From: a virus
IMG/VR virus record: IMGVR_UViG_3300044858_003284
Strand: one strand, 5' to 3'
Length of the DNA stretch: 64,000 nt
The position numbers and the translations under genes are program-made. Of this stretch, positions 40,530 to 49,540 are shown piece after piece (the first letter of the stretch is position 1; each line of letters opens with the position of its first letter). The notes under the pieces were generated by a model that was not told the origin of the DNA, made no database searches, and saw only the letters and a list, made by a program, of their open reading frames with translations.

Positions 40530-42625
40530 ATGAAAGTTTATTTGTCATGTTACCGTAGTCATTGGATTTCTCCATATAAAATTATGGAGAAAATTATCTT
40601 TTGGCGTGAGATTGATTATGAAGAGCCTTTCATTGAGAAATGCAATACCATTCTCTCACCTATTTGCACCGCCATTCACAAGGTGCTTGACTTCATTCAT
40701 CCACAAATTAACTATGTGAAGATTGACCGATGGGATACATGGTCAATGGATCATACATTGGCTGAAATCATTCTACCAATGCTTAAGCAACTCAAAGCAG
40801 AATCACATGGTTCACCTTTTGTTGATGAAGAAGATGTACCAAAAGAAATGCGTAGTGGCAAAAAGAAAAGTAAAAAGATGGTTGATCCATCTATACAAGC
40901 ATTAGAATCAAGTGAAGATGATATGATTCATGAGCGCTGGCAATATGTCCTTGGTGAAATGATTTGGGCATTTGAACAGAAAGTAATTGATGATGCAGAA
41001 AGCAAGTTCTTTGATTACTCAGAAAGTAAAGGCAAGTTGCCATGGCATGAAGATTATGTTGGACCTAAAGTAGATTGGGACGGCTTGAACGCACACAATG
41101 AAAGAAAGCGTAACGCATTTAGACTATTTGGAAAATATTACGAAAACCTTTGGGATTGATATGATATCATACTATCGTTATTGGCAGGCAGTGAATCGTT
41201 TAGAATCATCACAAAAGACCATCGATATGATGGAACCAGATGTACCAAACATGGTACAGGCACAGCATGAAATGATTCAAAGAGAAGTGGAATATTACCA
41301 GGAAGAATCACAGAAGTTTACCTTAATTCTATTGACATTGGCTGCTTTTGTTGGTATAATGTTAATATTATATACTCAAGGAATGATTCATGTTTAAGAA
41401 AATTAATGAATGGTTACAAACAAATAAAACTTTGTTTTTTGTTGCCGTTGTTGTGTTTGGTCTAACTTTCTATTACACGCCATACTTTATGAATTTGCCG
41501 GTCAATGGTAACTTTGACGGTGGTATTCAAAACAAATTAGTTTGGTCGGTGAAAGGTGAATGTTTTTTTGTTCGACCATTGAACCAAACTGATACATTGT
41601 TAGTTCGTGTTAAAGATTGTGATAAAGTTGAAGTAATTCAAAAGGTAGGTAAATGAAAACCAATAAAGATTTTAGATTAAGTAAGTCAACAAAGCGTATA
41701 CTCGCTCTAATGCCACAGGATAAACGTGGTCATTGGAAGAATATGATGATCGAAGCAGAAGTAATGGAAAAACGTGCCAAGATGGCCAAATTAACTATGA
41801 AAGAAAAGGGAGATGAGTGATGTCATTATTCGTTGAAGTAGATTCTATTGAAAAAGATTGTAAAGTAATTATAAACCTAGATGGTATTGGTGAAATTGCA
41901 CCGTTATCTGCTGGTGGTTGTGCCTTGTTCTTATTACAAGGTGGCGTAATCAAGGTCAAAAATTCGTATGACGATTTCAAACAATTTGCCATGCAAACTG
42001 TATCATCAGCCGATATTGCTAAACAAGTTAAGGCATTGAAAGGTTCTACCAAAAATTTGGAGATTCCAACACTATGAGCAAGTTTACATTTATTTGTGAA
42101 GATGAACCAATGCCATTTGCGGATTCTGTAATCACCAAAAGAACATTTGAATTCAATGCTGATTGTTTAGATTCTGTCATTGGTGAATTCGAATCGTTTC
42201 TACGTGGTTGTGGTTTTAGTTTAGATGGTTACTTAGAAGTTGTGAGACCTGATCAAAAAATTGTTGAAGATGATGACGATATGGATGATTTAGATTCAAT
42301 TTTTGGTGGCAAAAGCCTCATCAAATCGAATGAGTGTTAATTGAACGATTTATTCTACAATTTATTTGATTGGATCCGTGATGATTGGAAATCTGGTAAA
42401 ATCCGTTTTATTGTGGAGTTATTGGCGTGGGCGATATCTATTGGATGTTCTATTGTTATGGCTCTTACGGTACCAACACCACCCCTCCTCATTTTATATC
42501 CTATTTGGATTCTTGGTTGTGCTATGTATGCTTGGGCTGCCTATACTCGCAAATCATTTGGTATGTTGGCTAACTACATTTTGTTAACCACTATTGATAC
42601 AATCGGTTTAATTAGAATGCTATGA
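40530..42625 (+). other. Hypothetical genes, several encoding membrane proteins; internal promoter TTGACA-17-TATAAT at 41332-41360
   Basis: Coupled ORFs 40530..41159, 41161..41397, 41390..41656, 41817..42077, 42074..42340, 42341..42625. Confidence 0.6.
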
Positions 42626-43224
42626 ATATTTTTTATCTTGATCATTGTCCTGTAAAATGTGCTGAGTATCATGTTGATAAACATTGTGTCAAAATGATCC
42701 TTGAATATTGCCAATTACTCTCAACGGCACACCGTATTCTTGATGGCCAAGAAGTGATTGCAGAATCTAAAACTGGTCGTAAAGTTAAACGCTGGATTTT
42801 ACCTGACGAAAGAGAAACGATTCTCTATTCAGCCACACACATCAACCATCCATCGGCTGTGTGGTGTCGCCAATCGGATTCAAATTACATTTGGCTGAGT
42901 AAGCTACTGAAGGAATTGTGTAAAGAATATACCTATCGCTATGGCAAGGTACACAAATGTGAAGCTGATGGTTTGGTCAAAGCATTATTTTGGAATCTAC
43001 CAAAGAACTTACCAAAGGCGGTAAGTTTTACTGGTCCCACACCTGCTATGCCTGATGCCTGTAAGGTACCAGGTGATTCATTAAAATCTTATCGTAATTA
43101 CTATATCATGGAAAAACAAAGAATGTGGTCATGGAAAGGAAAGATAAATAAGAGAGAGGTGCCACCTTTTATGAAGGATTGGTTCCGACAAATGAATGAA
43201 TCACTTGCACATGAGTATAGTTAA
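42622..43224 (+). CDS. Pyrimidine-dimer DNA glycosylase-like protein
   Basis: MNIFYLD, DKHCVKMILEYCQLLST, THINHPS..W, EYTYRYGKVH. Confidence 0.8.
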   Translation: MNIFYLDHCPVKCAEYHVDKHCVKMILEYCQLLSTAHRILDGQEVIAESKTGRKVKRWILPDERETILYSATHINHPSAVWCRQSDSNYIWLSKLLKELCKEYTYRYGKVHKCEADGLVKALFWNLPKNLPKAVSFTGPTPAMPDACKVPGDSLKSYRNYYIMEKQRMWSWKGKINKREVPPFMKDWFRQMNESLAHEYS

Positions 43225-43505
43225 TGCCAACCTATGATTTTTTGAATAAACAAACAAATACAATCGAAGAACACCGTATGTCCTACACGGTGTTAGAAGA
43301 ATTCAAACAAAATAATCCACACCTAGAATTACACATTTCTGCTGGCAATCTACCAGTATTCTCTGACGCTGGTCGTATGAATGTGCCTGGCACAAAGACT
43401 GCGGATGCTGCCTTTGAACGTGGTGTGATTCAGCGTATCAAAGATACGGTGCCTGGAAATACTCTACACAAATCACACAAAACAAAGATGCCTAGAGAAT
43501 GGTAA
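43224..43505 (+). CDS. FmdB-like small protein lacking the Zn-binding cysteines
   Basis: MPTYDF start; gene position. Confidence 0.5.
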   Translation: MPTYDFLNKQTNTIEEHRMSYTVLEEFKQNNPHLELHISAGNLPVFSDAGRMNVPGTKTADAAFERGVIQRIKDTVPGNTLHKSHKTKMPREW

Positions 43506-43789
43506 TAGTGAATAACCAACTCCCTTATCTACTTAATATTAGGAGGTCAGACAATGGCAAAGTTAATCCTGTAGAAAAAACTCATAAAATTCCCAAGTAT
43601 AATAAAAATAACACAAGGAGTTTGGATGAGCAAAAAGAGAATGATGTCAAAGCAGCAGCGGTTATATTACGAACAAAACAGGAAAGAAAGAGTTAGAGAA
43701 GAACTTGTCGAATATATAAAAGACAAACACTCATTAGAAAAAATAAGACCTGATGGATTAGCAAAAAATATATTATATTGAGGATTTAA

Positions 43790-44389
43790 ATGAATAAAAA
43801 TGTGCAGTTTGATAATTTTGTTGGCATATATGATGGATTTTATTCCAGTGAGTATTGCAAAGCGATGATTGATTATTTGGAATTTATGGATTCCATGGGT
43901 AAAACATGGCAAAGAGATTACACAACCGAGATAAAAAAATCAGACACCTCCCTTAATCTTCTAGAACCAACTTCAATATCATTTTCTAGGGACAATTTAG
44001 GTCCTTATTTCGATACTTTCACCAATACATTATGGCAGGAATGTTATCCACAGTATTCTAAAGAATATTCTGTATTACAAACTTTGCCTCAGCAAATGAT
44101 CTACACCATAAAAATACAAAGAACAAAACCAACTGAAGGTTATCATATTTGGCATTGTGAATCTAGTGGCCGTGATATGACATCTAGAATGTCGGTGTTC
44201 TTATTGTATTTGAATACGATTCGAAGTGGTGGTGAAACAGAATTCTTATACACAGGACAGAGAATTGAACCAGTAGAAGGACGATTATTGATATGGCCAG
44301 CATCATACACACATACACATCGTGGAAATCCACCACTAGGCGGACAAACGAAGTATGTTATTACTGGCTGGATTGAGTATGTGAACTAA
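43790..44389 (+). CDS. 2OG-Fe(II) oxygenase
   Basis: YHIWHCE, LYLN..GGET.F, HTHRG, KYVITGW. Confidence 0.85.
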   Translation: MNKNVQFDNFVGIYDGFYSSEYCKAMIDYLEFMDSMGKTWQRDYTTEIKKSDTSLNLLEPTSISFSRDNLGPYFDTFTNTLWQECYPQYSKEYSVLQTLPQQMIYTIKIQRTKPTEGYHIWHCESSGRDMTSRMSVFLLYLNTIRSGGETEFLYTGQRIEPVEGRLLIWPASYTHTHRGNPPLGGQTKYVITGWIEYVN

Positions 44390-44390
44390 A

Positions 44391-45050
44391 ATGTTTAAAT
44401 ATTGTCCACCAAAAAATCTAGATGATTTAGAAGCAGAAACTTTTCCTGATGGCAGGAGATTTTATGTATTGCCAGACGGCACAAAACTACCATCAGTAAC
44501 AACAGTTCTTGGTGCTCAAAAGAAACAGGCCATCATGGAATGGCGCAAGCGTGTTGGTGAAGATGTTGCAAATCAAATAACGAAGAAAGCGACCTCTCGT
44601 GGTACGGCAGTGCATTCGTTATGTGAAGATTATCTAAACAATAAAACAATTACACCTGGTATTAAATTAGATGCTTATGAAATGTTTTTATCGATTAAAC
44701 CATTTCTTAATCGTATTAATAACATACATTATCAAGAACAGGCATTATGGTCTAAACAATTAGGCATGGCAGGTCGTGTAGATTGTATTGGTGAATATGA
44801 TGGTGTATTATCGGTGATTGATTTCAAAACTTCTAAGGCACCAAAAGATAGAAGCAGCATACAAGAATATTTCTGGCAAACTGCCGCATATGCTTTGATG
44901 TATGAGGATATGATTGGTAAACCCATAGACAATACGGTAATCATTATGGCGGTAGAGAATGAAAAACCATTGGTCTTCCAACAGAAAACGGCAGAGTATA
45001 TCGATGGATTAGTGGAAGCTATCGTTTATTACAATAAAAATAAGAAATAA
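44391..45050 (+). CDS. PD-(D/E)XK exonuclease
   Basis: PSVTTVL, RGTAVH, AGRVDC, IDFKTS, QTAAYA. Confidence 0.85.
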   Translation: MFKYCPPKNLDDLEAETFPDGRRFYVLPDGTKLPSVTTVLGAQKKQAIMEWRKRVGEDVANQITKKATSRGTAVHSLCEDYLNNKTITPGIKLDAYEMFLSIKPFLNRINNIHYQEQALWSKQLGMAGRVDCIGEYDGVLSVIDFKTSKAPKDRSSIQEYFWQTAAYALMYEDMIGKPIDNTVIIMAVENEKPLVFQQKTAEYIDGLVEAIVYYNKNKK

Positions 45051-45354
45051 AGTGGTAAACTTGTAGCTTTCTGGTTGCCTATATAAGTATAAACACTTAT
45101 AATAGGAACACTATGCAAAACAAATATTGGAAAAAACTCTGCACTCCCGAGCAGAATCGGCAACAAATGGGAGCTCTCAAAGTATTGGCTGGGGGTTTAA
45201 GTTTTCTTTTTATTATTTGGTTGTTAGAAAGGATTCTGTAATGCCTAGCAAAGATTGTGTTAAAGAATATAAAGTAAGAAGTTTTGCTTTCTACATGGGT
45301 GCTTGTGCATTTGCTGTAGGTGTATTGGCAATACTTTTTGCATTAACTTAATTC

Positions 45355-45660
45355 GTAGAAGTTGTTTGAAAGTTGTTGTGGACGGCAGTTCAATTCTGCT
45401 CACCTCCACCAAAAGTATATTGACAAACCAGGTTCTTGGTAGCAAACTCGTAAGAGGCAATATACTTCTGATGGGGGTGCAAGGTTTCGACATAGCGATT
45501 AGTATAACAATGGAGAATCGTCAAAGCTAAAGACGTTAGGGTTGAGGATACTCGGCCGAAGAAGCAAAAACTATAAATGCAAATGACGAAAGTTATGCAC
45601 TTGCTGCCTGATAGGTAAGCGGAGTTTCGCCAGGTGAACTTAGCAACAGAATCACCTGGA
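45355..45660 (+). ncRNA. ssrA: Circularly permuted (two-piece) tmRNA, tag ANDESYALAA
   Basis: T arm and CACCTCCACCA (to 45411) precede the 5' end GGGGGTG (45473); G3-U wobble; tag 45579-45611. Confidence 0.9.
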
Positions 45661-45729
45661 TAAATAATATATCAGCAACACACAAACCGCTGATACATTA
45701 CACACATTAACACACACAAGGAGAAGTAA

Positions 45730-46008
45730 ATGAGTATGACACCCTATGAGATACGGCTAGAACTCTTAAAAATGGCCAAAGATATGCTTTCTGATGAGTA
45801 TTACAGTAAGAAAGAGATTATATCAAACCAGTGGTCAACCAAGGTAGAAGAATCCAAAATTAACGGAACAACTTCACCAGAACATCCAGGTTTTCCACCA
45901 TTTCCCACAGAAGATGAAATTGTAAAGAAAGCGGAAGCTCTCAATCAATTTGTTTCTCAAACCCCTCCACAACCTGAAGTTAAAGTAAAGACGAAAACGA
46001 ATTCGTAA
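45730..46008 (+). CDS. Conserved T4-like phage hypothetical protein
   Basis: PYEIRLELLKMAKDML..FPTEDEI..A..LNQFV; late promoter at 45659. Confidence 0.7.
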   Translation: MSMTPYEIRLELLKMAKDMLSDEYYSKKEIISNQWSTKVEESKINGTTSPEHPGFPPFPTEDEIVKKAEALNQFVSQTPPQPEVKVKTKTNS

Positions 46009-46062
46009 TTGGAGACCAAGGCGGTCAGAAGATTTGGCCGCCGTAATCAATAAGGAAGAAAG

Positions 46063-46605
46063 ATGTTTAAATTTAACACACAGAAGTTTAACACATTAGC
46101 AGTAATATTAGCAGTATTAACGATTGTATATACAGCACCAACTCTTTCGAGAGAGTTTGTTACTAGTGCAACACAGAAACAAGTATCTGCAGATTATCAA
46201 AAGCAAGTAGAATGCCTTGCTAAAAACATTTATTATGAATCTGCCGGTGAAACATATGAAGGAAAACTAGCCGTAGCACAGGTCACATTGAATCGTGTAA
46301 ATAGTGGCATTTTCCCTAAAGATATATGCTCGGTTGTTTATCAAAAAACAACTGATCAAAATTTAAGAACAGTTTGCCAATTTTCTTGGACTTGTATGGT
46401 TAAAGAAATGGTACACATTCATGATCGGTATAGATGGGAAGAATCTCATTTAATTGCAAAAAGAGCATTGACAGTTCCAGTCCTACATGATAAGATAGCA
46501 GAAACAAATGCGTTGTATTACCACGCCACTTATGTAAATCCTGGTTGGAATAAAAATAAGGTCGTAACAAAAATAGGTAATCATATATTTTACAGTAGAA
46601 TTTAA
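46063..46605 (+). CDS. SleB-like cell wall hydrolase with N-terminal anchor
   Basis: CLAKNIYYES, AVAQVTLNRV, QFSW, IGNHIFY. Confidence 0.9.
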   Translation: MFKFNTQKFNTLAVILAVLTIVYTAPTLSREFVTSATQKQVSADYQKQVECLAKNIYYESAGETYEGKLAVAQVTLNRVNSGIFPKDICSVVYQKTTDQNLRTVCQFSWTCMVKEMVHIHDRYRWEESHLIAKRALTVPVLHDKIAETNALYYHATYVNPGWNKNKVVTKIGNHIFYSRI

Positions 46606-46606
46606 T

Positions 46607-46828
46607 ATGCCCACCCGTGATGAAATTAAGAAGTTTAGTATGATGATTGAAGAAATGACGGCAGATAAAAAGATAGGTTATATGGATGCTATCTGCCATC
46701 ATTGTAAAGAAACTGGACTAGAAATAGAAGTAGCAGCAACTTTAATATCTTCTGCTTTGAAAGCAAAAATTAAAGAAGAAGCACAAGAAAATAATTTATT
46801 GAAAAAGAGTTCGAAACTGCCTATATGA
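46607..46828 (+). CDS. 33: Late transcription coactivator gp33
   Basis: FS..IE..YMDAI..LKAKIKEEA..NLL. Confidence 0.85.
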   Translation: MPTRDEIKKFSMMIEEMTADKKIGYMDAICHHCKETGLEIEVAATLISSALKAKIKEEAQENNLLKKSSKLPI

Positions 46829-47424
46829 AAAAAATGTTGTGTAAGATACCACACATTATTCATATAGAAAACTTTTTAACAAATGAAGAATGTGATGATA
46901 TTATTAAACATGGTGATCCATTATTAACAGATTCAAATGTTGTAAATGTTGATACTGGCTTCAACGAAAAGATGGATAGTTTTAGAATCAGTAAAGACTG
47001 CTGGTTTGACCACAACAATCCATTGGTAGTAAATCTCCACGATAAAATAGAAAAAGAAATAGGCATCAGTAAAAAGAGATTTGAAGCACTTACAATGCTT
47101 CGATATGATATTGGTGGTCGATATGTGCCACATTGGGATTATTTTGAAGATGTGATACCAACATACCATGACATCGTTAAAGATATTGGTAATCGAGTTG
47201 GTACGGTCATAGTGTATCTCAATGATGTGGAAGAAGGTGGCCACACCACTTTTAATAAACTAAATCTATCGGTTGAACCACAAAAAGGAAGTATGTTATA
47301 CTTTCGTTATGATTACAAAAATAAATCAGACAATGCAAACACAATGCACGCTGGTGAACCTGTAATCAAAGGACACAAATACATTGTAACCACCTGGATT
47401 AGGGAGTTTCCGTTTTCGTTATGA
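46825..47424 (+). CDS. Prolyl 4-hydroxylase-like 2OG-Fe(II) oxygenase
   Basis: YVPHWD, VYLNDVEEGG.T.F, HAGEPV..G.KY..TTWIR. Confidence 0.9.
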   Translation: MKKMLCKIPHIIHIENFLTNEECDDIIKHGDPLLTDSNVVNVDTGFNEKMDSFRISKDCWFDHNNPLVVNLHDKIEKEIGISKKRFEALTMLRYDIGGRYVPHWDYFEDVIPTYHDIVKDIGNRVGTVIVYLNDVEEGGHTTFNKLNLSVEPQKGSMLYFRYDYKNKSDNANTMHAGEPVIKGHKYIVTTWIREFPFSL

Positions 47425-48029
47425 TTGAGAATTCTGGCTTTGCTGCATTTGCAATGTTTCATGCTTTGAAACTGCATTTCACTTCTGATAGTTATGATTA
47501 TGTCAAATATAATGGCAAGACAAATGTTACCAAGACAACATTCTCTACCAGAAAAGACAAGTATTCATTCTATCGACTATCACGTAAATTTGGATTGACA
47601 GAATTACGAGATTACTATATTGCCAATTTTATGGTAGAAGATATTCAATGGGTTGGTGATATTCTAGGACCAGAATCCGAGGACAACTACAAAAAGTGGC
47701 AGAAAAGAACTCAAAGCTTGACTTATACCTTTGAAAATGATATAATTAAACTGTTAGATAGAGTTGATAATCCAAATGATTTATTGATTGTGAGAAACAA
47801 TGAGTTTCCACTTCTAATGCAGTGTGTTCAACAAAAAGATATTGCACTAGAAACATTAATAATTCTAAATGATTTGATGAACTTCTTTCCCATGTGGGAA
47901 AAAGAAATATATGATGATCTTGTTTGGCCTAACTTTAAAAGAAAGTGTGAGAAATACAAACCATTTCTTTCTTATGATAAAGTAAAGTTCAAACAAATTT
48001 TGAAAGAAAAGATAAAAGAATATGCATAA
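47421..48029 (+). CDS. 59: Helicase loader gp59
   Basis: ALKLHFT..YDY.KYNGK, KYKPFL; lies between 33 and 32. Confidence 0.85.
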   Translation: MIENSGFAAFAMFHALKLHFTSDSYDYVKYNGKTNVTKTTFSTRKDKYSFYRLSRKFGLTELRDYYIANFMVEDIQWVGDILGPESEDNYKKWQKRTQSLTYTFENDIIKLLDRVDNPNDLLIVRNNEFPLLMQCVQQKDIALETLIILNDLMNFFPMWEKEIYDDLVWPNFKRKCEKYKPFLSYDKVKFKQILKEKIKEYA

Positions 48030-48513
48030 AGTAAAAATCACAAAAATCTATCTCGACATGGATGGTGTGATTGCTGACTTCAATAAACGATACAAAGAAT
48101 TGTATAAGATTGAACCAAAAGAGGCAGACACATATAAAACTTTTGATAAGTTTTTCACCATGTTTATTGCTGACAGGCAATTTGCAACACTAGACTTGAT
48201 GCCTGATGCCATGATCTTAATTAACTATTTGAGGTCGTTGCCTATTCCTACAGAGATTCTATCTTCAACATCATCTGAAAAACGTGATGCTGATATTAGA
48301 GAACAGAAAATTGAATGGCTGAAAAAGCATAACATTGAGTTTCCTGTTAATCTGGTGCCAGGTAAAAGATTGAAGAAAGCTTTTTCAAACCAAAATTCAC
48401 TATTGATTGATGATACTTCACAAAATATTGATCAATGGCGAGTAGAAGGTGGTGTTGGTATACTTCACACAGATACCATAACCACACTCGGTATTTTGAA
48501 AATGTATGTTTGA
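48022..48513 (+). CDS. HAD 5'(3')-deoxyribonucleotidase
   Basis: YLDMDGVIADF, LIDD, GGVGILH. Confidence 0.85.
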   Translation: MHKVKITKIYLDMDGVIADFNKRYKELYKIEPKEADTYKTFDKFFTMFIADRQFATLDLMPDAMILINYLRSLPIPTEILSSTSSEKRDADIREQKIEWLKKHNIEFPVNLVPGKRLKKAFSNQNSLLIDDTSQNIDQWRVEGGVGILHTDTITTLGILKMYV

Positions 48514-48538
48514 CATTGGATAAATACTATTATATAAT
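48510..48538 (+). promoter_or_regulatory. Sigma70 promoter with embedded late promoter for gene 32
   Basis: TTGACA-17-TATAAT containing GATAAATA. Confidence 0.8.
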
Positions 48539-48601
48539 GAATAATGTGGATAAGTCGTTTTTATATACCGTTAATACTCCGTTTATACGAAAGGAAATAC
48601 T

Positions 48602-49480
48602 ATGAGTTTTGCTAATCTCAAACGCCAATCTGGCAACCTCGACAAACTATCTAAAGCAATCGAGGCACTCAATACCACAGCAGAAGGTTCCGATAAACCC
48701 GATAATTTTTGGAAATGTGAAGTAGACAAAGCTGGTAACGGCATGGCTACAATTCGTTTTCTTCCCGCATCTGAAAAAGATGGTGAAGATGGTTTGCCAT
48801 GGGTTAAGATGTTCTCACACGGATTCCAAGGTCCTGGTGGTTGGTTAATTGACAACTGCTTGACAACCAAGGAACAAAAATGTCCAGTATGTGAACACAA
48901 TACTGCATTGTGGAATTCTGGCATCGAAGCGAATAAAGAAATTGTTCGTAAACAAAAGCGTAAACTAAATTACATCGCTAACATTTATGTTGTTTCTGAT
49001 CCGAAACATCCTGAAAATGAAGGTAAAGTATTCTTGTTTAAGTTTGGTAAGAAAATCTTTGATAAGATTTCTGAAGCCATGAATCCACAGTTTGCTGATG
49101 AAGAAGCAATCAATCCATTTGATTTGTGGAAAGGTGCCAACTTCAAGTTAAAGATTCGTAAAGTTGAAGGCTATCAGAATTATGATAAGTCTGAGTTCGA
49201 ATCACCATCGGCTTTGTTGAATGATGATGAAGAACTAGAGAAGGTTTGGAAATCACAATACTCTCTAACTGAGATGATTGGTGATAAAGAATTCAAATCA
49301 TATGATGTTTTGAAACAACGCCTTGATAAGGTTCTCGGTTTAAATGGTGAAGTACCTGCCGCTAAAACAACCGTTGAACAAATCAAAGAAGCACCTAAGA
49401 AAGTTCAGCGTGAAGTTGAACCTGATTTAGAAGAAGATGATGATATGGCTTATTTCAGTAAGCTAGCTGAAGAAAATTAA
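48602..49480 (+). CDS. 32: Single-stranded DNA-binding protein gp32
   Basis: IRFLPA, HGFQGPGGW, CLTT..CPVCE, NYDKSEF, acidic tail. Confidence 0.95.
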   Translation: MSFANLKRQSGNLDKLSKAIEALNTTAEGSDKPDNFWKCEVDKAGNGMATIRFLPASEKDGEDGLPWVKMFSHGFQGPGGWLIDNCLTTKEQKCPVCEHNTALWNSGIEANKEIVRKQKRKLNYIANIYVVSDPKHPENEGKVFLFKFGKKIFDKISEAMNPQFADEEAINPFDLWKGANFKLKIRKVEGYQNYDKSEFESPSALLNDDEELEKVWKSQYSLTEMIGDKEFKSYDVLKQRLDKVLGLNGEVPAAKTTVEQIKEAPKKVQREVEPDLEEDDDMAYFSKLAEEN

Positions 49481-49510
49481 ACCAAAACTCCTTTCCTCAG
49501 AAGTTGGTTT

Positions 49511-49540
49511 AGACCCCGCTACGGCGGGGTTTTTTATTTT
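49511..49540. terminator. Rho-independent terminator between convergent genes
   Basis: ACCCCGC-TACG-GCGGGGT followed by a T run. Confidence 0.9.

Noticed and set aside
43541-43574. Strong AGGAGG followed by a 6-codon ORF (MAKLIL), possible gene remnant or leader peptide
   Set aside because: Overlaps ORF 43499..43696 and cannot be distinguished from chance without homologs.
45420-45448. TTGACA-17-CAAACT promoter inside the tmRNA intervening segment
   Set aside because: Poor -10, and the TTGACA is explained by the stem closing the intervening loop.
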